A stretch of 63,048 nucleotides of DNA, counting the filler, from Octopus bimaculoides (lineage: Eukaryota): assembly GCF_001194135.2 (NCBI RefSeq). It is 5 parts of 5 records of this genome, joined end to end, with 100 filler letters (N's around TTAATTAATTAA, not from the genome) between each part and the next. Parts side by side here need not be neighbours in the genome. Positions count along the whole stretch, not along the records: positions 1 to 23,900 come from NC_068995.1; 4 more parts are not named here. The stretch is one strand, 5' to 3'. Of this stretch, positions 12,936 through 24,000 are shown piece after piece. Within the stretch, counting starts at the first letter, position 1. Every line of letters starts with the position of its first letter. The translations under genes and the position numbers were made by a program. The notes under the pieces were generated by a model. The model was not told the origin of the DNA. It did no database searches and saw nothing but the letters and a program-made list of their open reading frames with translations.

Positions 12936-13222
12936 CAAATGGTATGTTTAAGCATTTCTACATAGATACATACAATCTGACAGTTATCAGAAAATGGAAC
13001 ATCAGGCCCTGGTGCTTAGAAGAGAGTATGCTACACTAAAATATCTCACCAAACTGACCACTAAATTACGTTTGTGACTTACCAGGAAAACGGTGCCTTC
13101 TGAGTACCAATTTCATTAATAGATTTATAATATTCTTGGAACTGTTCGGTTTTAACTGTCATATACCTAAGTGTTGCGTTATCAACGTAGAACGTAGCAT
13201 AAATACACAGAATATATTAAAA

Positions 13223-13385
13223 GGCATGGCTGTGTGGTAAGAATATTCCTTCCCAACCAAATACTTCCGTGTTCGGTGGCACTGCATGGCACCTCAGACA
13301 GTTGTCTTCTTCTACAGCGTCTGGCTGACCAAGGCCTTGTCAGCGGACTTGTTAGATGGAAACTTGAAACAGCCCGTGGTTGATG
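13223..13385 (+). mobile_element. SINE family 1, 5' half
   Basis: ggcatggctgtgtggtaag..ggcacctcagacagttgtcttct..gatggaaact. Confidence 0.75.
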
Positions 13386-13789
13386 TATCTGTCTGTGAGT
13401 GCGTGTGTATGTGCGTGATTGTGTGAGTGTGTGTGTTGCTTGTGTCTATGTGTGTACGCGTTTGCGTGTGCGTGTGTCTGTGCGCATATGTTCGCGCGGG
13501 TGCGTGTGTCTGTGCGTATATGTGCGCGTGTGCGTGTATGTATGTGCATGTGTGTGTATGCGCGTCTGTGCGTGCGTGCGTATGCGTGTATTTACTTAAA
13601 GTCATAACTAACAATGTTTCAGCGAGCCGTATGAACAGGTATTGCGAAATTATTTTCACGATGGAAGTGACTGTTCGCAAAAAAGAAAAAAAATTGAGTA
13701 GAAGTAGTTTATTAATACCACGTTCGCAAAATACGAAATAAAAAATGAATCCAGCCTGATTAAAAAAGTAAAATAAATTAAGTAAAGTC

Positions 13790-14000
13790 ATGCCCACACA
13801 TAAAGGCTGGTTTCCCGCATTCAGTAGCATATAAATCACCCACCCCGGATCACTCATTTTTGCTAGCTGCGTTGACTGAAGCAACGTGAAATGAAGTGTT
13901 TTGCTCTAGAACACAACGTGTCGGCCGGTCCGGGAATCGAAACCAAAATCTTACGATAATGATTACAACACCCTAACCACTACGCCACGCGTCTCCACAT
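13790..14000 (-). mobile_element. tRNA-derived SINE family 2
   Basis: Matches 28583-28849; reverse-complement A box (gcgtagtggttagg) and B box (ggtttcgattcc). Confidence 0.8.
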
Positions 14001-14316
14001 CCAGCCCGATGTGGTGTCACGTGGCTTACTTCTTAAAGCAATCAGCTCTATGGAGAATAATTCATAGCGCATGTATACCGTATACATGTAATATAGCACA
14101 TCATTTAACATCATTGCACCCAAAAGAATCTTCGACAGTATTGCCTCAAGCATGATACATTACAACCGAAAATATAAAGCCACTCAACAATTGCTTTCCC
14201 ATGAAGCCATTTGGTCGAAACTACTTATTCAATTAGAATTCTATAACGCTACTATAACAAAATCATTGTCATTTTGAGAAAAATATTGGTAACATTGAGT
14301 TCACATTTTCTTGCAG

Positions 14317-14412
14317 ATACTGTCAACAAATATTTCCAGTTACATTCAGACATGAAATGGATGTTGCCTACAAACAAAAAAGCGTCTGAAAAATGTAGAA
14401 GTTATAAAAACA
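14317..14412 (+). CDS. Candidate internal exon, 96 nt, phase 1-1
   Basis: cattttcttgcag acceptor, ACA/gtaaat donor, open frame TVNKYFQLHSDMKWMLPTNKKASEKCRSYKN. Confidence 0.4.
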
Positions 14413-14583
14413 GTAAATTATAGAACATATAAAGCCCAAAAAACAGGATCAATCATTTGTAAATTTGAGATGTAGTAATTTTTGTTCAGTTCTAATGTGA
14501 ACGATCTTCGCTTGACAGATATAATAGACTATGCGCAACGCAAGAGCTGTGAATCTCAGTAACGGTTTCCAACGACTCAACGT

Positions 14584-14641
<58 letters not shown>

Positions 14642-15070
14642 NNNNNNNNNNNNNNNNNNNNNNNNNNNNNNNNNNNNNNNNNNNNNNNNNNNNNNNNNNN
14701 NNNNNNNNNNNNNNNNNNNNNNNNNNNNNNNNNNNNNNNNNNNNNNNNNNNNNNNNNNNNNNNNNNNNNNNNNNNNNNNNNNNNNNNNNNNNNNNNNNNN
14801 NNNNNNNNNNNNNNNNNNNNNNNNNNNNNNNNNNNNNNNNNNNNNNNNNNNNNNNNNNNNNNNNNNNNNNNNNNNNNNNNNNNNNNNNNNNNNNNNNNNN
14901 NNNNNNNNNNNNNNNNNNNNNNNNNNNNNNNNNNNNNNNNNNNNNNNNNNNNNNNNNNNNNNNNNNNNNNNNNNNNNNNNNNNNNNNNNNNNNNNNNNNN
15001 NNNNNNNNNNNNNNNNNNNNNNNNNNNNNNNNNNNNNNNNNNNNNNNNNNNNNNNNNNNNNNNNNNNNAT

Positions 15071-15204
15071 CACATATAGAAATATTTAATAAGTAAATAC
15101 ACTAAAAAGAATTATATAAAATACAAAGTGATAATTGATTATTACTTTGTATTTTATTATATCTCTTTTTAGTGTATTTACTTATTAAATTTTCTTATAT
15201 GTGT
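15071..15204. repeat. AT-rich near-perfect palindrome (MITE-like)
   Basis: Arms of ~65 bp around a 2-nt loop (tg at 15136-15137). Confidence 0.8.
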
Positions 15205-16165
15205 CTGTAGAAAATCATGGATGAGTTCATGAACTTTGGTTCTTTTCTCTTAATTATATATATATATATGTCATATAGATAGATATAGTGCGTCATAAAA
15301 CTGGGCCAGCGCGGCAAGTTTCGTCCCGGCTGCATCAGTCTCCAAAACCCCAGTCGTTAGACACCTTCTCAACTTCAGTCTCAATAATAATAAAAGAACA
15401 TATATCATACATAGATGTGTTTAAATGAATAGCAACACCTTTTGCTGGATAGAAAGATAATGTATATCAGACACTGATATAATAGCAGTCTGTATTCAAT
15501 AGGAACAAAATAAATAGGATTTGAAGGCAACATAAGATCATACACATAGACATGATATTCATTTTTCAATTGAAACTTGAAATCTTGAAGCTTTTTGTAT
15601 CTTACCAACTGATTCATTGACAACAATATTGTCTATATTATATATATAATATTTATTTTTAAGTTCGGAAATGTCTCTCAAATGGAATTCTATTTATTTC
15701 TGTAAATATATTTTTTTCTTATATGGCTAGAAATGTAAATAAATTTATCTAATTCATCATAGTTCAATAGATTCTTACCGTAATGAAAATTGAAGACAGT
15801 GAGAGAAATTTGAATGAATCTGCCATCAGTTTTAAATTAAGTTGAAAATACATAAATCGAAAGAGCGTCATACGCCAAATTATCCGCAGAAAAATAAATA
15901 TGCAAACTGGCACACGCGCATAGACACGCACATGTATTTGTGCTCTAAGCATTCATATATGTGTATACAAATATGCATATGTATATACCTGTGTGCACAC
16001 ATACACCCACACACATAGACATACGTATGTATGTATGCATATGTGTGTGTATGTGTGTGAGCGTATGTACATACATCCATTCATAAGCATATTCACATAT
16101 ATGCACAGACATACACACACTCACACATGTATACACGGACACACTGTCAATTAGCGTTCACTAAA

Positions 16166-16333
16166 TAATACCTTAGGAATGAGAAACCTGGTTCGAAATT
16201 TCCCCAAGACACCTGCTGAAGGCCGTAGGGTATATGAGCCGAAACGTTGCGTTAAAAACAAACAAGATGAGGCCAAATATCCGTCAAATGTAAACATTGT
16301 AAATAATTCCTCATCTCTTAAATATAGAACTGT
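16166..16333 (+). mobile_element. HHR-SINE family, 3' module with degenerate hammerhead
   Basis: Homologous to 62370-62455. gacac-CTGCTGA-a-ggccg..gagcc-GAAACGTT-gcgtt; 3' stem agatgagg/cctcatct. Confidence 0.75.
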
Positions 16334-17163
16334 ATTATAAATATTTCTAACAATCTTATCCTTTTATATTATTAATAAATTAATTTCCATTCACTTCGGG
16401 ACTGTTTCGTCACTTACGTGCTATTTCTGACCAGCTGCACAAGTGTCGAGGCTTGCTACGGAATTTCTATATGGATATATTTGGGTGGCTTATATGCATT
16501 CACGACATTGAGTCTGCTTTTCTGTGGGTATATATAACCATTTCATTTTATTCCATGATGTTATCTTCTGATGAATGAAAATCCTTTTAGGTTAATCCAG
16601 AAATTGATCCCATCCAGAGGTAACTCAATTTTGTAAATTTATGTTAGCTTACTTCCTCGTGTTGACACGTGTGTTATAATAATAGTGAATATATTTAACG
16701 TGGCTCGACGATTTAGCTTCTCTTTTCAGCATATAAGTAAAGAAAATGTTCTATGCCCTTATTTATAATATATATGTATGTTTACATATATACTTATATA
16801 CCACATCGGTTTATTTCTACTGAACTCCTCTTGCTGATATCCAATGAAATCACTGGCATCAAAGTTCTCATAGAAATTACACGTACTTTACTCTCATGAC
16901 CAGATTTATGAAGAAGGGTTCTTATGGAATGTACCACACACTCTACTCATTGTTTTATATTAAATCCAAAATGGATCTATGTTTATCGGTTGTAAAGTAA
17001 CTACCGTGTTTAACGTAATGTATTATTTACTTTTTCTCCTTGTATATCTTAGTTGCCGCTCTTCATTATCTGATTAATTTTATGATAAATCCACATACTA
17101 GAACCACTCCAATGATTTATATGTGTGTTCGCATTTGTGAATGCGAAAAGGCATCTCTATTTC

Positions 17164-17211
<48 letters not shown>

Positions 17212-17916
17212 NNNNNNNNNNNNNNNNNNNNNNNNNNNNNNNNNNNNNNNNNNNNNNNNNNNNNNNNNNNNNNNNNNNNNNNNNNNNNNNNNNNNNNNNN
17301 NNNNNNNNNNNNNNNNNNNNNNNNNNNNNNNNNNNNNNNNNNNNNNNNNNNNNNNNNNNNNNNNNNNNNNNNNNNNNNNNNNNNNNNNNNNNNNNNNNNN
17401 NNNNNNNNNNNNNNNNNNNNNNNNNNNNNNNNNNNNNNNNNNNNNNNNNNNNNNNNNNNNNNNNNNNNNNNNNNNNNNNNNNNNNNNNNNNNNNNNNNNN
17501 NNNNNNNNNNNNNNNNNNNNNNNNNNNNNNNNNNNNNNNNNNNNNNNNNNNNNNNNNNNNNNNNNNNNNNNNNNNNNNNNNNNNNNNNNNNNNNNNNNNN
17601 NNNNNNNNNNNNNNNNNNNNNNNNNNNNNNNNNNNNNNNNNNNNNNNNNNNNNNNNNNNNNNNNNNNNNNNNNNNNNNNNNNNNNNNNNNNNNNNNNNNN
17701 NNNNNNNNNNNNNNNNNNNNNNNNNNNNNNNNNNNNNNNNNNNNNNNNNNNNNNNNNNNNNNNNNNNNNNNNNNNNNNNNNNNNNNNNNNNNNNNNNNNN
17801 NNNNNNNNNNNNNNNNNTATGCATGTGTATGTATTGTTTTATTTTTCTATTCTTTTGCATGTTTCAGCCCTAATGCTGTGTCCAGGTCGGATCACCACCA
17901 ATAACAGTATAGACAC

Positions 17917-17988
17917 CTCCCCGGTGGGGAATCGAATCTCGGTCTCCCGCATGACAGGGGGGGATTATTACAGACAGTGTAATAAAGG
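17917..17988 (-). pseudogene. tRNA-Asp(GTC) pseudogene or tRNA-Asp-derived SINE head
   Basis: 72 nt; cccc-ctgtca-tgcgggagaccgagattcgattcccc..ggggag matches the eukaryotic tRNA-Asp anticodon arm, T arm and acceptor 3' strand. D arm degenerate. Confidence 0.75.
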
Positions 17989-18202
17989 TGTAAATACAGC
18001 GATTTGTAGAGTAAGATGTTTAAATTATGTATACATATAAGATGTATGATTGCATGTGTGACACTACAACGCATCCCGCGCAATTTCTGATCAACAAATT
18101 TCATTCAAAAAATATTTCTCAAATTGAAGTTACTTAAATAAAATCTTGCTGAAGATCCGACGTACCAGAATTATAAAGGAGGGCATTTTATATATTGAAG
18201 AT

Positions 18203-18525
18203 CAGTGATTGCGTATCACTTTGAAAACAATATATTTTCGAACGGGTGTTTTGTAGGTGAGTGATTGTGCATCAATTTGAAAGCTATATATTTTCGAACG
18301 GGTGTTTAGCAGATGGTGCTGCTAAACACCCGTTCGAAAATATATAGTTTTCAAATTGATGCACAATCACTCACCTACTAAACTTTGTTCTGAGTGATAG
18401 TGCTAAAACCCAAGTTCGAAAATATAAGGACACAGATTATATTGAATAGACACCTGGAGACGATGTTTCCTGGGGCTAAAACAAAAATAATATTCATTCC
18501 AACTGGGACTGCTACAATATGTTGG
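18203..18525 (+). mobile_element. Hammerhead-element family copy B: ribozyme core absent, 60-bp palindrome in its place
   Basis: AGTGAT/ATCACT hairpin; arms 18253-18312 and 18319-18378; downstream gttcgaaaatataaggacacag..ctggggctaa..tgggactgc aligns with copies A and C. Confidence 0.65.
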
Positions 18526-19890
18526 CAAACAATCTTAATTTTATATATACTTATATATATGTATATATATATTTATGTGTGTGTGTGTGTTGGCGAGTGA
18601 GGATGCGTGCGCGTATGTTTATTGATGTATGCACACACACACATACACGTTTGCATAGTTCGTAATTCGTGAGCTCCTATATGAGTGAGGTGTTGTAATA
18701 TTTTTGTGAAATTTTATATAGAAACACGTGACAAAATATTGTATGCGAATTTGACCACGATATATACTGAGGCAATTTGTATTTACTTTTCTCCACGCAC
18801 TCACTGAAACGTATATGTTTATATACCTATTCCTCATAATATATCTCTGTAATTGTAACATTTTATTTCTAAATATATGTTTGTGTGTTTGTGTGTGTTG
18901 TGTGTGTGTGAGTGATGTGATGTGTGTATTTGTGTGCGTGTGTGTGTTGTGTGTGTGTGAGTGATGTGATGTGTGTATGTGTGTGTGTGTATGCGCGCGC
19001 GCGGGCGTGTGAGTGTGTGCATGTAGGGGTATGTGTTTTTGTGCGTTTCTGCAGAAAACATCTTATGTGTTTGATCGTTTCTCTCTATATTAGTACGTAG
19101 TTTTTTCAGGATATAGATAGCAGAAAATAAGCGTGTATATTGTTGACTGTTGTGTCTGTGATACAAACAAACAATCTACATATTAACACAGATTCTTTGT
19201 GAATTTCTTTAAAACTGATGNNNNNNNNNNNNNNNNNNNNNNNNNNNNNNNNNNNNNNNNNNNNNNNNNNNNNNNNNNNNNNNNNNNNNNNNNNNNNNNN
19301 NNNNNNNNNNNNNNNNNNNNNNNNNNNNNNNNNNNNNNNNNNNNNNNNNNNNNNNNNNNNNNNNNNNNNNNNNNNNNNNNNNNNNNNNNNNNNNNNNNNN
19401 NNNNNNNNNNNNNNNNNNNNNNNNNNNNNNNNNNNNNNNNNNNNNNNNNNNNNNNNNNNNNNNNNNNNNNNNNNNNNNNNNNNNNNNNNNNNNNNNNNNN
19501 NNNNNNNNNNNNNNNNNNNNNNNNNNNNNNNNNNNNNNNNNNNNNNNNNNNNNNNNNNNNNNNNNNNNNNNNNNNNNNNNNNNNNNNNNNNNNNNNNNNN
19601 NNNNNNNNNNNNATATAGATATATATATATATTTATGTATATATATTTACATATATACATAGACATACATATACATATATATCTATACATTCTTTTGAGT
19701 AATAAATAATGTATATATCTTATATACCTGTCTTCTTGCGTCTACACATACACACATATATAATTTGACACGCAAAGACACGCATATCGTATATGTGTGT
19801 GTGTACATGTCAGTGTGTATGTGTGTACGTGTGTGTATATATATGTATATATATATGCCTTTTTGTAGTTGTGTGTACGTGAGATAGACG

Positions 19891-19934
<44 letters not shown>

Positions 19935-21649
19935 ATCTATATTATATGTTTGATGTTTCTTTCAATAAAATACATCACAGAATGGTATTCGATTTGTTCC
20001 GACTTTGGCTTATTGCATTCTGTCAGGAATAATTTATCATTCTAATAAGAAATCTCAGACAAAATTACTACCTTTTTTCCTAATTTTAATTCTATACACA
20101 TGGGAATTTCTATAGTGGTGTTTTTATAATGAATCAGATAGTTTTACTGTAGGCGTTTTGATTTAATCACGGCATTGTATTGTCCCTTATAGTGACGATT
20201 ATCTATGAAATATTTCGTTTCTAATTAACAACTATATATGGACTTCATCGGTGCTTATGTGTCATCAAGCGAAGTCTATTATATAGCGTCCTACAACCTC
20301 AAACTCTTTAACTTTCTCATATTGTACACTACTTTGGTTTTTCAGATTGCATACTAAGCTCTAACTCTTTGAAATTCATTTATTTTTCATATGAAACATG
20401 TCCTAACAATAAGTATATACAAGTAAAAAACGTGATGACGTGATGAATCTAGGAATTTAGGTGGGACCGGCAATTGTCTCAAATGATTGAAGCACATATC
20501 ATACAACATATATGGCCTGTATACAGGAATTAGAATAGAATTACCGCTGTTAAGGAAATGGAACAGCCCCCCCCAGTCATGTTTTTTTCTTTATTCGTTT
20601 CGAGTCAAGATATTTCCGTATATACTTGGCGAATAGAAAAGTGACATTGTGGTTTAAATCTTTCACTTTACGAACAATCACTAAGTAATATTTTGTGGTC
20701 AAAGAAAATGTAGCTCAGCGTCAAAGAGAACACTTTAACAGAAAGTTACATTTAAATATACAAAATTTATAAAACTCTAACGATTTTACTGAACGCTTAC
20801 GATCTGGTTATAAAGATATTTGTTGATTTCTGAAGGATGTGTACCAATACATAAGAAATGTAATCAAACATCGAAAGGCAGTACATAACATTAAAATATT
20901 TTTAACTTGTTACACTCATTAGAGTGCATCCATGCTGGAGCACAGAGTTGAATGTTATCATTTTATAATTTTTATGTTTTCATTTTTATCGAACGAATTT
21001 ACCCCACAAAACTTGGTTACAAATTGTCCTTATTCTATCGCTCTCTTGCGTCGAACAGATTATGAAGAGGTAAACAAATCAACACTGGTTTTCAAGTGCT
21101 TATGAAGGACATACACGAATACAAATTCACACACACATGCGCGTATATATGCATAAAATATACACTCATATGTAAATACATACATACATATANNNNNNNN
21201 NNNNNNNNNNNNNNNNNNNNNNNNNNNNNNNNNNNNNNNNNNNNNNNNNNNNNNNNNNNNNNNNNNNNNNNNNNNNNNNNNNNNNNNNNNNNNNNNNNNN
21301 NNNNNNNNNNNNNNNNNNNNNNNNNNNNNNNNNNNNNNNNNNNNNNNNNNNNNNNNNNNNNNNNNNNNNNNNNNNNNNNNNNNNNNNNNNNNNNNNNNNN
21401 NNNNNNNNNNNNNNNNNNNNNNNNNNNNNNNNNNNNNNNNNNNNNNNNNNNNNNNNNNNNNNNNNNNNNNNNNNNNNNNNNNNNNNNNNNNNNNNNNNNN
21501 NNNNNNNNNNNNNNNNNNNNNNNNNNNNNNNNNNNNNNNNNNNNNNNNNNNNNNNNNNNNNNNNNNNNNNNNNNNNNNNNNNNNNNNNNNNNNNNNNNNN
21601 NNNNNNNNNNNNNNNNNNNNNNNNNNNCTTGTTTTCACTTTTTCGATAT

Positions 21650-21920
21650 CAGTGAATAACTTCACTGGAAAAAAGACTTATATATTGCCAAGGGATTGTC
21701 ATTCTCATCGAAGGTCGGCGATTATCGTACGCTGAAGAAGGGAAATAACCCTGAAACTCGGGTCCGTACGTATCGCAGATCAAGATGGGAAGGATAACTT
21801 CCCTTGGCAAAAATAGACAGGACACAGATATGTGTCGATAAGCCTGCTGGAGGAGATGTTCTCCTGGGGCTAAAAGCAACAGTAACATCCACCCTTAGGG
21901 GTCAGCCACATTTAAATGGC
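21650..21920 (+). mobile_element. Hammerhead-containing structured element, copy C (best preserved)
   Basis: CAGTGAA/TTCACTG hairpin 21650-21667; rod 21685-21810; GACACA/TGTGTC hairpin 21821-21836; GGAGGA-gatg-TTCTCC hairpin 21849-21864. Confidence 0.75.
21726..21770 (+). ncRNA. Type I hammerhead ribozyme, core complete
   Basis: CGTACG-CTGAAGA-AGGG aaataa CCCT-GAAAC tcgg GTC-CGTACG; predicted cleavage after C21764 (GUC). Confidence 0.85.
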
Positions 21921-23006
21921 AAATATACTTCACTTTATCGTGCAGTTACTGTTAACACCTCGTTCAGAGATTTAACATTGCTTATATATATTTATATATA
22001 TATATATTGCTTTTATTCAGAAAACAACTTAATCAGAATGTAATGAGCAAACATAACGACTATATCATTCGAAAATCATACACAAACATCTTCTTCAAAA
22101 AAAAAAAAAAATCATGTATTGAAGATTTATCTATATATTGCCTTTCAAAACACGGAATGAAAGTATTTTGTCATAGGATTGCTCAGAGCCGTCCAGTAAC
22201 TGACGGAAAAGAGCACAAACAATAAGGAGTTAAAAATAATGAATCGGTGAAATGGAAACGAACTGCATTGCTTTAGGCGAGTTGTCCTGCATCGTATTCG
22301 CTCGGCCATTAGCAATTCTCCATGGCTACATTTGAACGGACATTTGATATATTTATGATATATAAAGAGATGAAAATAACTATGGTGAAGGTTAACTTAT
22401 TTAAGACAAATGAACCATTATGTATTTGAGCACACTTAAGAATCCAGTATCGATTTGAGTTCAAACGTTTCTATATATTAAGTGGTGTTAATATTACGGT
22501 CATTGATTCACGGTCGAGAATCAAATAATTAATTAGGTGATATTTACTAATAGATTGCGCTTTGTGTCATGAAATACCCCTCCCTCTAAATCATCCAACC
22601 GTTATTATCTCTGTGTCCCTGATTTGCGTATGCGCACACATGCTAGATAATTAGAGTAAACGCTATAAATTTCAAATTGGGAGTGATTAAGGAACGCAAT
22701 GATTTAAAGTTCAAGTGACAATTCTCTGATCAACTTTATTATACCTATCTCTCTTTCTCTCTCTCTCTTTCACCATATCTCTCTCACTCTGATACACATG
22801 AATGTATGAATGTATATCTCTACACACATTCCCGATATATAAATACATACATGCATACATACGTGCATACATATATCTATACATATATATATATATAAAC
22901 ACACACACTCGCATATATATAAATAAATATATTAGTATATACATATATATACACACACACATATGTAATTATTATGTTTGTATATATGTATAAACCAATA
23001 CATACA

Positions 23007-23086
<80 letters not shown>

Positions 23087-23309
23087 TATCCATCCATCCA
23101 TACATACATATTCCCTCACATGGAAGTGGAAATATACATGAATACGCACACCGTTTACTCACATAGAACTGGAAATGTGCATATGTATATGCATACTTAT
23201 ATGTAAGTTTGTATATGTGTGTGTGTGTGTGTGTGCATGTATGTGTACATATATAAATGATTTGTAGGTACGTGTTACTTCGTTAAGCAAACATAATATA
23301 CAATGGAGG

Positions 23310-23361
23310 ATGAGTGCTGAAGAAGGGCCAACAGCCCCCAAAATATGGAATATTCACTCAT
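23310..23361 (+). ncRNA. Type I hammerhead ribozyme, degenerate
   Basis: ATGAGTG-CTGAAGA-a-GGGC caaca GCCC-cc-AAAA TAT gga ATA TT-CACTCAT. 7-bp stem I, 4-bp stem III, G12 changed to A. Confidence 0.6.
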
Positions 23362-23367
23362 AACCAA

Positions 23368-23835
23368 TTTTGTCTTCGATCACATTGTTTGTTTACATCA
23401 GACGATTCGATAGGGAACGTTGCTGCAAAAACCAGAGCTGGCTATAATCTCTATAGAATATTTTCAGAAATAACATCAATAAAAAAAAATGTAAAAGCAC
23501 TGCTAACACAGTAGAACATAGTGTTGACTTATAAAACACATTTAGTATAATTTCTAGTATATTATATTTGGATAACGAAATACCACGTGCCTACAGATCA
23601 TTAATGTCTACATACCAGACCCTAGGAATGCGTCGAATATGTAAATTGGTATATCCAATAACTTAACACCGCTGTATGCGATGGCTATATAGGCAATGTG
23701 TTCTGAGGTAATAATGAGTTAGATGGTATATATATTTTGTTTTCGATCACATTGTTTGTTTACATCTGACGTCTCGATACGAAACGATGTAGCAGAAATC
23801 ATTGTTCTATAGAATATCTGTAGAAACAACCGCAA
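23368..23835 (+). repeat. ~100-bp direct repeat pair (23368-23470 and 23735-23835)
   Basis: Both start ttttgt(c/t)ttcgatcacattgtttgtttacatc. Confidence 0.75.
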
Positions 23836-23843
23836 CATAGTAG

Positions 23844-23900
<57 letters not shown>

Positions 23901-24000
23901 NNNNNNNNNNNNNNNNNNNNNNNNNNNNNNNNNNNNNNNNNNNNTTAATTAATTAANNNNNNNNNNNNNNNNNNNNNNNNNNNNNNNNNNNNNNNNNNNN
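23901..24000. other. Assembly join linker (44 N + TTAATTAATTAA + 44 N); also inside the gaps at ~35604, ~50217 and ~59570
   Basis: Identical 12-mer with stops in all six frames, centred in 100-bp gaps. Confidence 0.9.

Noticed and set aside
15312-15345. Minus-strand CTGATGC..GGACGAAAC hammerhead-like string
   Set aside because: Core, stem I and stem II are all defective.
23945-23956. TTAATTAATTAA islands in N gaps (also ~35604, ~50217, ~59570)
   Set aside because: Identical all-frame-stop linker centred in 100-bp gaps: an assembly artefact. Adjacency across these joins is uncertain.
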